64,000 nucleotides of DNA, from assembly GCA_029881035.1 (NCBI GenBank), contig JAOUNI010000001.1:95504-159503 (forward strand), in the 5' to 3' direction. This DNA is from Gammaproteobacteria bacterium. Lineage in GTDB: Bacteria; Pseudomonadota; Gammaproteobacteria; SZUA-229. The translations under genes were made by a program, and so were the position numbers. Numbering within the stretch: position 1 is the first letter of the stretch; each line of letters starts with the position of its first letter. Under the pieces are notes generated by a model. That model did not search any database. It was given only the letters and a program-made list of their open reading frames with translations, and was not told where the DNA came from. Below are positions 1 through 9,948 of this stretch, in pieces.

Positions 1-826
1 GTGTCGTGGTTTTACCGGAACCGGTTGGGCCGGTGACCAGAATAATGCCGTGCGGTTTATGCAGTAGCTGGTCGAAAGTATCGCGTGCTGCTTCGGACAT
101 GCCTAGCTGCTCCAGGTCCAGTCGTCCTGCCTGTTTGTCGAGCAAACGCATAACCACGCGTTCACCATGACCCGAGGGCAGGGTGGACACACGTACGTCG
201 ACCGAGCGACCGGCGACGCGTAATGAAATACGGCCATCCTGCGGTAAGCGTTTTTCAGCGATATCCAGTTTGGCCATGACTTTGATACGTGAAATTACCA
301 GCGGTGCAATATTGCTTGGTGGTTGCAGGATTTCGCGCAGCATGCCGTCAACACGGAAGCGTACTCGCATTCTGGTTTCAAAAGGTTCAATATGAATATC
401 CGAGGCATCGACTTTGATAGCTTCGGTGAGCAGAGCGTTGATCAGGCGAATGATCGGTGCGTCGTCATCCGCTTCCATTAAATCTTCCGGCTCCAGTGAG
501 CCAGCCAGCTCGTCGAGATTGAGCTCGTCGCCGACACCTTCCATCATGGCCATAGCCTGATCACTGCCCTGCTCATATGTTTGGGCGAGTAGCGCTGCGA
601 ACTGTTCGTCGGAAGCAGGTGATAAATTGAGCTTACGGCCAGTAGCGCGTTTGACTTCAGCGAGAATCAGGGGGCTGAAATTGGCACGATGTAAAATTTG
701 AATGTAATCCTCTTTTATCTGACCAATCAACACGCCATGACGTTTGGCAAAGGCATAGGGCAGCCTTTGTGGAGTCAGAATATCGCTGGGAGATTCAATG
801 GCTTCAGAGGTACTGGTCATGGTCAT
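1..826 (-). CDS. gspE: Type II secretion ATPase GspE, N-terminal part (truncated by window edge)
   Basis: Not in the ORF track. Manual translation gives MTMTSTSEAIES...RLPYAFAKRHGVL...DDDAPIIRLIN...ASDIHIEPFE...AKLDIAEKRLPQDGRI...Walker A GPTGSGKTT. Overlaps the gspD stop; start is 826 or 820. Confidence 0.93.
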   Translation of the reverse strand, partial: MTMTSTSEAIESPSDILTPQRLPYAFAKRHGVLIGQIKEDYIQILHRANFSPLILAEVKRATGRKLNLSPASDEQFAALLAQTYEQGSDQAMAMMEGVGDELNLDELAGSLEPEDLMEADDDAPIIRLINALLTEAIKVDASDIHIEPFETRMRVRFRVDGMLREILQPPSNIAPLVISRIKVMAKLDIAEKRLPQDGRISLRVAGRSVDVRVSTLPSGHGERVVMRLLDKQAGRLDLEQLGMSEAARDTFDQLLHKPHGIILVTGPTGSGKTTT

Positions 827-2867
827 CCCAGTCGAAGTCGTCTTTGGGTTCGATCACTTCGGGTGTTTTATTTTTGACCTGAGCTTTGTCCAGCGTTCTT
901 GGTTTCAATGGTTCGAGTACTGTAGAGGATTCATCCAGCATATTCAGTGGCTCGTCTTCAAACAGTAGTTGCTGGCTACGCAGATAATTGTACTTTTCGT
1001 TGGTGATATACGCGGCTGCGGTATCATCACGTAGGATACTGGGGCGCAGGAAGACCATTAAATTCTGTTTACTCTTGTTGGATGAAGTAGATTTAAACAG
1101 GTTGCCCAGTAGCGGAATGTCACCCAGTAAAGGAACCTTAGTTTCACCTTCACTGACCGTTTCCTGAATCAGGCCGCCCAGAACCAGAATGCCGCCATCA
1201 TCGACCAGAACACTGGTTTTGATCGAGCGTTTACGCGTGGTAATGCCGGTCACTTCACTGCCTGGGATAACGCTGGAAGTTTCCTGTTCGAGATCAAGTT
1301 TAATGGTATCGCCTTCGTTAACTTGTGGTGTGACTCGCAAGGTCAGACCAACGTCCTGCCGTTCGATGGTCTGGAAGGGGTTGGTAGGATCGGTGCTGCC
1401 GGTATTGGTGAATGAACCGGTAATGAAAGGCACGTTTTCACCAACAATAATTTCGGCTTCTTCGTTGTCCAGCGTGACAATACTGGGCGTGGAAAGAATA
1501 TTGCTGGAATCATCAGTCGAGAGTGCGCGTAGCAACAGGGCATAACGTGTGCCGGAGTTGCTGGTTTTACCTGCGCCCAGTGTCAGTCCCGGGCTTAATA
1601 AAGAACTGGGATCCGTCGACAGTCCACCTACTGCAGCCAGAATATTGCCGAGTCCACCAAAATTACTCATGCCAATAGGGATGTTTTGATTGGTCGACGG
1701 TGAACCATCAACGGCCATACCTACACCTAACTCGCGACCTTTGCCCGCGGTGATTTCAGCAATAATAGCTTCGATTAGTACCTGTGCACGGCGGATATCC
1801 AGCTGTCGGATTACGGATTGCAGGCTTTTTAAGGTATTGGGGTCGGCGGTGATGATCAGTGCATTGGTGTCTTCATCGGCCTGAATATCAGCGACCTGGG
1901 AAAAAGCGCCAGCTGTGCCGGCTGCATTGGCTACTGCTGGCGCTCTCGCAACGGAGGCTCCTTTGGTTCTTGATGTTCTGGTCGTTGAACTCTGGATGCC
2001 GGTGAGTATTTTGACCAGGTTTTCAGCCTTGGCATATTTGAGGTAAATAACGTGAGTGTTGCCACCGTCACTTTCCAGCGGTGTATCTAATTGTACAATG
2101 GTGGTACGTGCTTTGAGTCTGGCAGCAGGTTCTCCGGTCATCAGTATGCTGTTGGTTCGCTCGTCAGCCGCCAGATTGACTTTCGAAGCGTCATCTTTTG
2201 TAGCACCGCTAGTCTGATATAAGGAATTGACGATGCGTACCAGTTCGGTCGCTGAAGCATGTTTGAGTGGGATAATCTCGAGTTCATCGCTATCTGGTCG
2301 ATCAATACCCGCAATAATCTCCATTAAGCGTTCAATATTGCCGGCATGATCAGTAATGATCAGGCTATTGGTCGGCGCGTAAGCCGCCAGATGGCCCTGT
2401 TGAGGGACCAGCGGTCTCAAGATAGGTACCAGTTGTGCTGCAGGTACGTGGTCCATGCGGATTACTTTGGTAATCAGGGCATCACCAGATGGATCATCCT
2501 TGCCAATGGATAGCGGTACTCCAGTCTGTTTGGCATTGACCTCGGGAATAATTTTAATAACCGAGCCTGAAGGGATTGCGGCAAAGCCATGTACCTGTAA
2601 TACCGAAAGAAAAACTTCATAGACTTCGTCCTGTGACATGGTGTTGGCAGAGACTACAGTTACTTTGGCTTTGATGCGTGGATCAATGATGAAGTTTTTA
2701 CCGGTGAATTTTGAAACCGTACTGATCAGGGCGCGAATATCGGCATCTTTAAGATTTAAAGTAATTTCGTTAGCCAGTGCGGAAAAACTGAAAAACAGCA
2801 GGAAGATAAAACTACTGGTGAAGCCAGATATTTGTCTTGCAGTGGGTTTATTTGTCAAACTGATCAT
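804..2867 (-). CDS. gspD: Type II secretion secretin GspD
   Basis: Signal peptide, N0 domain (LNLKDADIRALI...FIIDPRIK), repeated N domains, secretin C-terminal motif VPLLGDIPLLGNLF; lies between gspC and gspE. Confidence 0.95.
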   Translation of the reverse strand: MISLTNKPTARQISGFTSSFIFLLFFSFSALANEITLNLKDADIRALISTVSKFTGKNFIIDPRIKAKVTVVSANTMSQDEVYEVFLSVLQVHGFAAIPSGSVIKIIPEVNAKQTGVPLSIGKDDPSGDALITKVIRMDHVPAAQLVPILRPLVPQQGHLAAYAPTNSLIITDHAGNIERLMEIIAGIDRPDSDELEIIPLKHASATELVRIVNSLYQTSGATKDDASKVNLAADERTNSILMTGEPAARLKARTTIVQLDTPLESDGGNTHVIYLKYAKAENLVKILTGIQSSTTRTSRTKGASVARAPAVANAAGTAGAFSQVADIQADEDTNALIITADPNTLKSLQSVIRQLDIRRAQVLIEAIIAEITAGKGRELGVGMAVDGSPSTNQNIPIGMSNFGGLGNILAAVGGLSTDPSSLLSPGLTLGAGKTSNSGTRYALLLRALSTDDSSNILSTPSIVTLDNEEAEIIVGENVPFITGSFTNTGSTDPTNPFQTIERQDVGLTLRVTPQVNEGDTIKLDLEQETSSVIPGSEVTGITTRKRSIKTSVLVDDGGILVLGGLIQETVSEGETKVPLLGDIPLLGNLFKSTSSNKSKQNLMVFLRPSILRDDTAAAYITNEKYNYLRSQQLLFEDEPLNMLDESSTVLEPLKPRTLDKAQVKNKTPEVIEPKDDFDWDDHDQYL

Positions 2868-2906
2868 GCATGGAATCCTGTTGCGTTTTTGCGTATCCGG
2901 TGATGT

Positions 2907-3812
2907 TTATTGTAGCTGAATATTAAGAGGGACTTCGGTACCGTTTCGTTTCACGGTGATGCTGACCTGATCGGCTGAACGAAGTTCGTTTAATGCACCA
3001 ATGCTATTTTTCATGTCGTCAAGCTTGATACCATTGATCGAAGTAATCACGTCAGAGGACTCAAGCCCTGCTTGAGTGAGCAGGTCACTTTTCTGTTGTG
3101 CTTGCAGGCGATAACCTATTTGTTTGCCGTTTTCCCTGACCACTACCGGTAAAGCGTATTTGCGGAACGAGGTTGGATCTTTAATTATGTCGTTACGAAT
3201 ATTTTTTAGTTCTTGAGTAGAGGCAGTCGAAATTGTTGATGATATCGGTTGGATACTACTGTTGGCTGGAGAAATTAGATCAGGGCTGCTGTCCTTTTCT
3301 AAATGTAATGTTTCAAGTTTGCCCTGACGTTCCAGAATAATGTGTTCAGGATAGATTTCTCTAAGTGTTATACCACCAGGGATTTTATCATCAATACCGT
3401 ATATTTCTTCCCTGCCGTTGGCGCCCTGAGCAATAATGGCACTGGCCGCCTGAGTTGTACCGGCAGTCAGGATACCTCTAAGTACTAGATTAAGTTTTGT
3501 TTCAGGCATTTTTTCGGTGCTGCCAGATACTTTTATTGTTTCAGCAATGCCAAACAGGTGGGTACTGGTCAGGGTGCGAAAATCCTGTTGTTGTGATTTT
3601 TTATTGTTGAGAGTCTGGTTCACAACTGAATTGGCTGGTGCAATGATAGCCATGGGTTCAACGCCGGATTCGTCTAGCATTAACCAGATAAGTTCAGAGG
3701 CCTGCTGAGCACAGGCAATAATCAACACAATACTGATCACCACGGGTAAACGCTTCAATAATGGTTGAAGTTGTTCTATCTGGTTAATCAGCTGGTTGAA
3801 CGACTGGGTCAT
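2907..3812 (-). CDS. gspC: Type II secretion protein GspC (TM, HR and PDZ domains)
   Basis: N-terminal TM, HLFG motif, PETKLNLVLRG, C-terminal PDZ (GYRL...AGL...DVITSING); upstream of gspD. Confidence 0.92.
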   Translation of the reverse strand: MTQSFNQLINQIEQLQPLLKRLPVVISIVLIIACAQQASELIWLMLDESGVEPMAIIAPANSVVNQTLNNKKSQQQDFRTLTSTHLFGIAETIKVSGSTEKMPETKLNLVLRGILTAGTTQAASAIIAQGANGREEIYGIDDKIPGGITLREIYPEHIILERQGKLETLHLEKDSSPDLISPANSSIQPISSTISTASTQELKNIRNDIIKDPTSFRKYALPVVVRENGKQIGYRLQAQQKSDLLTQAGLESSDVITSINGIKLDDMKNSIGALNELRSADQVSITVKRNGTEVPLNIQLQ

Positions 3813-3913
3813 ACGATATTGCTTAAGCTGTTTGGCATAATGGCGCTAATCTTAGCAGGATGATGCTATTAGCGCAGTATATCGAGGGCTTTTCAGCCAC
3901 TAATAACTCTGTT

Positions 3914-4516
3914 TCAATTGGAGCGGCAAAAGCGGTAGAGGGCTATTTCGCTGAACAAATTAGGAAATAACTTCATCATCAGCGAGCTGCGACTATGGGT
4001 ATAGTCAACAAAGGTTCGCTCAAGAATTTTGATACCACGTTCACGACAGAAAATTTCAAAATCCTGTACCGTGCAGAGGTGAATATTGGGGGTGTCATAC
4101 CAACGATTGGGCAGGCTTTTAGTTACCGGCATATAACCGCCTAATGCCAGTTGTATGCGGCCTTTCCAGTGCGCCATATTGGGGAAGGTGACGATGCCTT
4201 CTTTGCCAACGCGTAGCATTTCATCAATCAGCCTGTCGGGGCGGACGGTGGCTTGAAGCGTCTGGCTCATAATGACGTAGTCGAAACTGTTGTCTGAGAA
4301 ATAGCCTTGTAGGCCATTGTTCAGGTCGGACTGAATAATATTCAGGTTGTTGCCGAGGCAGACTTCTATATTGTGTTCGTCAATTTCCAGGCCGATACCG
4401 CGCACCTGTTGATGTTCGCGCAGGTGTTTGAGTAGCGTACCATCGCCGCAGCCAAGATCCAGGATGGATGATCCTGGCTTGATCCATTCAGCAATAATCG
4501 TCAGGTCGGCGCGCAT
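3914..4516 (-). CDS. metW: Methionine biosynthesis protein MetW
   Basis: SAM-binding motif LDLGCGDG, MSQTLQA, WYDTPNIHLCT; coupled to metX. Confidence 0.95.
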   Translation of the reverse strand: MRADLTIIAEWIKPGSSILDLGCGDGTLLKHLREHQQVRGIGLEIDEHNIEVCLGNNLNIIQSDLNNGLQGYFSDNSFDYVIMSQTLQATVRPDRLIDEMLRVGKEGIVTFPNMAHWKGRIQLALGGYMPVTKSLPNRWYDTPNIHLCTVQDFEIFCRERGIKILERTFVDYTHSRSSLMMKLFPNLFSEIALYRFCRSN

Positions 4517-5661
4517 TATTGAATGGCCTCGCGGATGCTTTTCATATAACTATGGAAAACATTCATGTAATGGGGGATGGGTATCAAAAAGGCATCATGG
4601 CCATGTTGGGCTTTGATTTCAACGTAACTGACCTGTTTGCCCGCATCCAGCAGAGCTTTGACAATTTCTCGCGAGCGCTCGGGCGCGAAACGCCAGTCCG
4701 AAGTGAAAGACATCACCATGAATTTGGCGGTGGCTTTGCTGAAAGTGGCGGCCAGATCATGATCGTATTCTTTGGCGGGGTCGAAGTAATCCAACGCCTT
4801 GGTCATCAGCAGGTACGAGTTGGCATCGAAACGATCAACAAAAGACTTGCCCTGATAGCGCAGGTAACTCTCGACCTGAAAGTCCACGTCAAAACCAAAG
4901 CTGAGATGGCCTTCGCGTAGTTCACGGCCGAATTTTTCGCGCATGGAGTCATCGGAAAGGTAAGTGATGTGCCCCAGCATTCTGGCCAGCATCAGGCCAC
5001 GGCGCGGGATGCTGTGGTTTTCCAGATAGTGACCTTCGTGGAAGTCCGGGTCGGACATAATGGCCTGACGCGCAACCTCGTTGAAGGCGATATTTTGTGC
5101 AGAAAGTTTCGGTGCAGCGGCAATGACTAGGGCGTATTTGATTAGATCGGGGTAATCGATCGACCATTGCATCACCTGCATGCCGCCCAGACTGCCGCCA
5201 ATGACTGCGCACCAGTGATCAATATTTAGCTCTTTCATCAGCCGTTGCTGGCTATTAACCCAGTCTCTGACGGTGACGATGGGGAAGTCGGGGCCCCAGT
5301 ATTTATCCGTGCCGGGGATTTTTGTGTTTGGCCCGCTCGAACCTTTGCAGCTGCCCAGATTATTGGGGCAAACCACGTAAAAATGATTGGTGTCGATAGG
5401 CTTGCCGGGACCGATGCTGCTGTCCCACCAGCCCGGTTTACGGTCTTCCATGGAATGATAACCGGCAGCGTGCTGATCACCCGAAAGCGCGTGACAAATT
5501 AGAATCGCGTTGTTGCCTGATTCATTGAGTTCACCATAGGTTTCGTAGGCGATATCGTATTCAGATAATACTTTTCCGCACTCGAGCTGAAGCGGCTCTG
5601 AAAAATGCAGAGTTTTTGTGGCGACGATTCCTACGGAATCTTGTGGTATTGAATCTGGCAT
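4516..5661 (-). CDS. metX: Homoserine O-acyl (succinyl/acetyl) transferase MetX
   Basis: CHALSGD, nucleophile GGSLGG, RFDANSY, HGHDAFL; Pseudomonas-type N-terminus DSVGIV. Confidence 0.95.
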   Translation of the reverse strand: MPDSIPQDSVGIVATKTLHFSEPLQLECGKVLSEYDIAYETYGELNESGNNAILICHALSGDQHAAGYHSMEDRKPGWWDSSIGPGKPIDTNHFYVVCPNNLGSCKGSSGPNTKIPGTDKYWGPDFPIVTVRDWVNSQQRLMKELNIDHWCAVIGGSLGGMQVMQWSIDYPDLIKYALVIAAAPKLSAQNIAFNEVARQAIMSDPDFHEGHYLENHSIPRRGLMLARMLGHITYLSDDSMREKFGRELREGHLSFGFDVDFQVESYLRYQGKSFVDRFDANSYLLMTKALDYFDPAKEYDHDLAATFSKATAKFMVMSFTSDWRFAPERSREIVKALLDAGKQVSYVEIKAQHGHDAFLIPIPHYMNVFHSYMKSIREAIQ

Positions 5662-5686
5662 GGATGCTTGAGTCTATTTTTCGGCA

Positions 5687-5715
5687 AGTCTAAACATTGC
5701 AGTATAGGGTTTCAA
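5687..5715 (-). promoter_or_regulatory. Putative sigma70-type promoter for metX-metW
   Basis: Minus strand TTGAAA-N17-TAGACT in the yggU-metX gap. Confidence 0.4.
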
Positions 5716-5731
5716 TCGTTGTATAGCGACT

Positions 5732-6040
5732 TTATGTGTTAAATGGCGCGCCATGTTGGGCGATGGCCTCGGGCAAAGCTTTGGGTTGCTGAATCAGTAA
5801 TCGTTTATTTCTGCCGGTTTCACCGGAAAGTAGCAGGATGCCGGATTTGGCGACCTTGAAGGCTTTGGATAAAAAAGCGATTAAATGCGCGTTGGCTTTG
5901 CCGTTAATTGGTGGTGCGGTGATCCGTACTTTGATGTATTCGTCATTATATTCGGCAAAGGCGTCATTGGCGGCGCGAGGCTGAACGCGTACCGAGATAA
6001 TGAGGTCATTGCCCTGCCATTTGAAAAACACCGGGATCAA
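5732..6040 (-). CDS. yggU: DUF167/YggU family protein
   Basis: VRVQPRA...KVRITAPPINGKANAHL...SGETGRNK; follows yggT. Confidence 0.9.
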   Translation of the reverse strand: MIPVFFKWQGNDLIISVRVQPRAANDAFAEYNDEYIKVRITAPPINGKANAHLIAFLSKAFKVAKSGILLLSGETGRNKRLLIQQPKALPEAIAQHGAPFNT

Positions 6041-6588
6041 AATTGGGTGAAGATGAAAAGTACGGCGCGTTTGATAAACATCAGGCCAATCAGGGCAACG
6101 ATGGGTGAAAGATCCAATCCGCCCATGACAGGCAGGTGTTTTCTAATCGGGCGCAAAATGGGGCGGGTCAGGCTGCTGAGTAGCGCGGATACCGGGTTGT
6201 ATGGATCAGGATTAACCCAGCTCAGGATGGCCTGAACAAAAATGGCAAAAATGAAAACGTCAAAAATCAGCTCGACCAGATTGTGCATGCTGTAGATCAG
6301 CAGGGTGCCGATCGATGCCTGAAGGCCGCCCAGTGGCAGCAGGATGCTCAGTTTGATAAAAATCAGCAGTATCACCAGAACCAGAGAAGCGAGATCAATG
6401 CCGCGGTAGCTGGGTACGATACGCCGCGCAATGACGACCGGCTTTTGCGTAACTTTGACAATAAACTGCGAAATGGGATTATAAAAGTCGGCCCCAACCT
6501 GCTGGAGCAGGAAGCGTAATAAGACGATGGCGATGTAAATGTTGAACAGCGTATCGATCAGGAATATGAATGGGTTGTCGTGATTCAT
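6037..6588 (-). CDS. yggT: YggT family membrane protein
   Basis: ADFYNPISQFIVKVTQ, LSWVNP, GGLDLSP; follows proC. Confidence 0.92.
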   Translation of the reverse strand: MNHDNPFIFLIDTLFNIYIAIVLLRFLLQQVGADFYNPISQFIVKVTQKPVVIARRIVPSYRGIDLASLVLVILLIFIKLSILLPLGGLQASIGTLLIYSMHNLVELIFDVFIFAIFVQAILSWVNPDPYNPVSALLSSLTRPILRPIRKHLPVMGGLDLSPIVALIGLMFIKRAVLFIFTQF

Positions 6589-7418
6589 GCGGTATCTTTG
6601 CTTAGTTCATCGGCTAGTGTTTGTGATCGGTCGCTGGCGGTTTTAAGGGCGTTTTCAACCAGCTGTTCGAAGTTCGCGGCCTGAAAACTTCTGATCGCCT
6701 GTTCGGTTGTCCCGCCTTTTGAAGTCACGCGTGCGCGTAAGGTGGCCACATCTACATCGCTGTTGTCAGCCATTAAGGCAGCACCCAGAGCGGTCTGGAG
6801 GACGAGTTTTTCAGCCGTTTCGGGCTCTAACCCCAATTTAACGCCGGCCTGCTGCATGGCTTCCATCAACAGGAAAAAATAAGCGGGACCGCTGCCGGAA
6901 ACGGCGGTGACCGCGTCCAGTTCATCTTCCCTGTTGACCCATAGGGTAATGCCCACAGCTTGCAGAATGTTTTCAGCCAGTGTTTTTTGTCTGGTATTCA
7001 CTTGCGGGTTGGCATAAAGCCCGGTTGCACCCGACTGTAATAGCGATGGCGTATTCGGCATGCAGCGCACAATCGCCTGATTTCCGCCCAGCCAGCGATC
7101 GATATCAGCACTGCGCACGCCGGCGGCAATAGAGATAAAAAGTGGCTGTGGGTTTGATTGTCCGAGTGTTTCACCCAGTTGACGGCAAACCGTTTGGAGT
7201 AGCTGGGGTTTGACGGCCAGCACAACGACATCGGCTTTGAGTGTGTCGCTGTTGTTAGCGGTGGTTTGAATGCCGAACTGCTGTGCTAATTGCTCGCGCT
7301 GCACTGCATTGGGTTCGGCAACGAGAATATGAGCAGGCGGTGCTGCTGATGAAGTCAGACCACCGATGAGGCTGGAGGCCATGTTGCCTCCGCCAATAAA
7401 AGCTATAGACGTGCTCAT
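6585..7418 (-). CDS. proC: Pyrroline-5-carboxylate reductase
   Basis: FIGGGNMA, LAVKPQ, RCMPNTP, SGSGPAYFF, VTSKGGTT. Confidence 0.97.
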   Translation of the reverse strand: MSTSIAFIGGGNMASSLIGGLTSSAAPPAHILVAEPNAVQREQLAQQFGIQTTANNSDTLKADVVVLAVKPQLLQTVCRQLGETLGQSNPQPLFISIAAGVRSADIDRWLGGNQAIVRCMPNTPSLLQSGATGLYANPQVNTRQKTLAENILQAVGITLWVNREDELDAVTAVSGSGPAYFFLLMEAMQQAGVKLGLEPETAEKLVLQTALGAALMADNSDVDVATLRARVTSKGGTTEQAIRSFQAANFEQLVENALKTASDRSQTLADELSKDTA

Positions 7419-7652
7419 TTGATCGATTTCAATTCCAAAGCATGTTAGAAGGTAGTTTTTAGTCTGAAAATTCTAACATAGCCTGAGTAGTGCATTTGAT
7501 GAGGATAAAAAAATATCTGAATAACATCGCTAAATAACGTGAAGCCCGGTGATTTGTTGGCTATAAGTAGTAGGATACAAAAGTATTCAGTGGCACTGCA
7601 AATTTTGCGCGCCTGGGTCAGGTAAAACAAATAGAAATATGTGGGGGAATTG

Positions 7653-8687
7653 ATGGATATTGCGCAACTTTTGGCATTTAGTGTCAAGAATGGGGCTTCT
7701 GACTTGCATTTATCAGCAGGTCTGCCACCGATGATACGCGTTGATGGTGATGTTAGACGTATCAATGTAGATTTGATGGAGCATGATGATGTTCATAGCA
7801 TGGTGTATGACATCATGAATGACAAACAGCGAAAGACTTTTGAGGAATACTGGGAAACTGACTTTTCTTTCGAGATTCCGGGACTGGCGCGTTTTCGTGT
7901 TAATGCTTTTAATCATAACCGTGGCGCAGGTGCGGTATTTCGTACCATTCCCTCTAAGATTCTGACTCTGGAAGAGCTGGGTGCACCAAAGATTTTTGAA
8001 GATATCGCCAATACACCGCGCGGCATTGTGCTGGTGACCGGGCCAACTGGTTCGGGCAAATCAACCACGCTGGCGGGTATGGTCAATTACGTTAACGAGA
8101 ACCACTATGGTCATATTCTGACCATCGAAGACCCGATCGAATTTGTGCACGAAAGTAAAAAATGTCTGATGAATCAGCGTGAGGTGCATCGTGATACGCT
8201 CGGCTTTAGTGAAGCTTTGCGTTCGGCGTTGCGTGAAGACCCCGACGTTATTCTGGTGGGTGAGATGCGTGACCTTGAAACCATACGATTAGCACTATCA
8301 GCCGCGGAAACCGGCCATCTGGTGTTCGGTACATTGCATACCAGTTCGGCGGCAAAAACCGTTGACCGTATTGTGGACGTGTTCCCGGCGGCAGAAAAAG
8401 AAATGGTTCGTGCCATGATGTCAGAATCATTGCGCGCGGTTATTTCCCAGACTTTGCTGAAAAAAATCGGTGGTGGCCGCGTCGCCGCCCATGAAATCAT
8501 GATTGGTACGCCGGCGATCCGTAACTTGATTCGTGAAAATAAGATCGCACAGATGTATTCAGCGATTCAAACAGGCCAGAGTATTGGTATGCAGACACTG
8601 GATCAAAACCTTCAAGAGCTTTTAAGCAAGGGTTTGATTAGTAAGGAAGAGGCCAGAACGAAAGCGGCAAATAAAGATAACTTCTGA
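7653..8687 (+). CDS. pilT: Type IV pilus retraction ATPase PilT
   Basis: MDIAQLL start (ATG 7653), GPTGSGKST, LREDPDVILVGEMRD, TLHT, AIRNLIRE signature. Confidence 0.97.
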   Translation: MDIAQLLAFSVKNGASDLHLSAGLPPMIRVDGDVRRINVDLMEHDDVHSMVYDIMNDKQRKTFEEYWETDFSFEIPGLARFRVNAFNHNRGAGAVFRTIPSKILTLEELGAPKIFEDIANTPRGIVLVTGPTGSGKSTTLAGMVNYVNENHYGHILTIEDPIEFVHESKKCLMNQREVHRDTLGFSEALRSALREDPDVILVGEMRDLETIRLALSAAETGHLVFGTLHTSSAAKTVDRIVDVFPAAEKEMVRAMMSESLRAVISQTLLKKIGGGRVAAHEIMIGTPAIRNLIRENKIAQMYSAIQTGQSIGMQTLDQNLQELLSKGLISKEEARTKAANKDNF

Positions 8688-8753
8688 GTATTTTGCTTAG
8701 TTTATTATTTAGTATCGAGATTAATTAGATGAAAACAGATGAGGTGATCATAG

Positions 8754-9926
8754 ATGGATCGCGATAAGGCCATACGATATATGCACGACCTTCTACGTAA
8801 CGTGGTGCAGAAAGGTGGTTCTGATTTATTTATTACAGCGGGTGCACCGCCTTCCGTTAAGGTGGATGGTGCGATGGAGACGTTGTCGAATCAGGCATTG
8901 AGTCCTCAGCATACTCAGATTTTAGTGCGTTCCCTGATGAACGATAAACAATCGACAGAATTTGAGTCAACACAGGAGTGTAATTTTGCAATCAGTTTGC
9001 CTGGAGTTTCACGTTTTCGTGTAAACGCCTTTACTCAGCGAGGTTCGGTCGGTGTTGTGCTGCGAAGAATTCAATCTGATATTCCTGAGTTTGATGACCT
9101 GAATTTGCCGCCGATATTGAAAGAAATATCCATGACTAAACGTGGTCTGGTGATTTTTGTGGGTGCAACCGGCTCCGGTAAATCGACATCACTAGCTGCG
9201 ATGGTGGGTTTTCGAAATGAAAATAGTAAAGGCCACATTATCACTATTGAAGACCCTATCGAGTTTGTCCATAACCATCGCAACTGTATTGTGACTCAGC
9301 GCGAAGTGGGGGTTGATACAGACAGTTATGAAATTGCATTGAAGAATACCTTGCGACAGGCGCCGGATGTGATTCTGATTGGTGAGATTCGTGATCGTGA
9401 AACCATGGAATATGCAATTGCTTTTGCTGAGACCGGACATTTGTGTTTATCCACCTTGCACGCCAACAGCACTAATCAGGCACTGGATCGTATTATTAAC
9501 TTTTTCCCTGAAGAGCGTCGTCAGCAGTTGTTGATGGATTTATCATTGAACCTGAAGAGTCTGATTTCTCAACGACTGGTACCATCGGCCAACGGTGAGG
9601 GACGTGTTGCAGCGGTAGAAGTGATGATTAATACTCCCTTTATGTCAGATCTTATTTTCAAGGGTCAGGTCCATGATATGAAAGAGCTGATCTCTAAATC
9701 TACCGAGCTGGGGATGCAGACTTTTGACCAGGCCCTGTTTACTCTTTGTGAGAGCGGCAGGATTACCTATGAAGATGCGTTACGAAATGCGGATTCGGTG
9801 AATGATTTGAGATTAAGATTTAAGCTTGAGAGCAAGGGCTCCAAGAAAGAAGATTTGATGAGTGGATTAGATAAACTCCAAATGGCGGAAGATCCTTCTG
9901 ATAAATCAGCGGGCAGACTCAGATAG
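8754..9926 (+). CDS. pilU: Type IV pilus retraction ATPase PilU
   Basis: GSDLFITAG, GATGSGKST, NTLRQAPDVILIGEIRD, HANSTNQALDRIINFFP, GMQTFDQAL. Confidence 0.93.
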   Translation: MDRDKAIRYMHDLLRNVVQKGGSDLFITAGAPPSVKVDGAMETLSNQALSPQHTQILVRSLMNDKQSTEFESTQECNFAISLPGVSRFRVNAFTQRGSVGVVLRRIQSDIPEFDDLNLPPILKEISMTKRGLVIFVGATGSGKSTSLAAMVGFRNENSKGHIITIEDPIEFVHNHRNCIVTQREVGVDTDSYEIALKNTLRQAPDVILIGEIRDRETMEYAIAFAETGHLCLSTLHANSTNQALDRIINFFPEERRQQLLMDLSLNLKSLISQRLVPSANGEGRVAAVEVMINTPFMSDLIFKGQVHDMKELISKSTELGMQTFDQALFTLCESGRITYEDALRNADSVNDLRLRFKLESKGSKKEDLMSGLDKLQMAEDPSDKSAGRLR

Positions 9927-9948
9927 TGATGTTTAGAGGGTTACAAAA

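Noticed and set aside
2197-2225. SGAT in GspD (LYQTSGATK) as a possible ApbE flavinylation site
   Set aside because: It lacks the upstream Asp of DxxSGAT and sits in a variable secretin loop; probably chance.
5662-5731. Possible SAM riboswitch upstream of metX
   Set aside because: No aptamer-like motif in the 70-bp gap; only a promoter-like sequence.
7591-7608. TGGCAC...TTGC as a sigma-54 promoter for pilT
   Set aside because: GG-to-GC spacing is 13 nt rather than the required 10.
7445-7765. 106-aa minus ORF as a yggS remnant
   Set aside because: No YggS motifs; its N-terminal part is the antisense of pilT.
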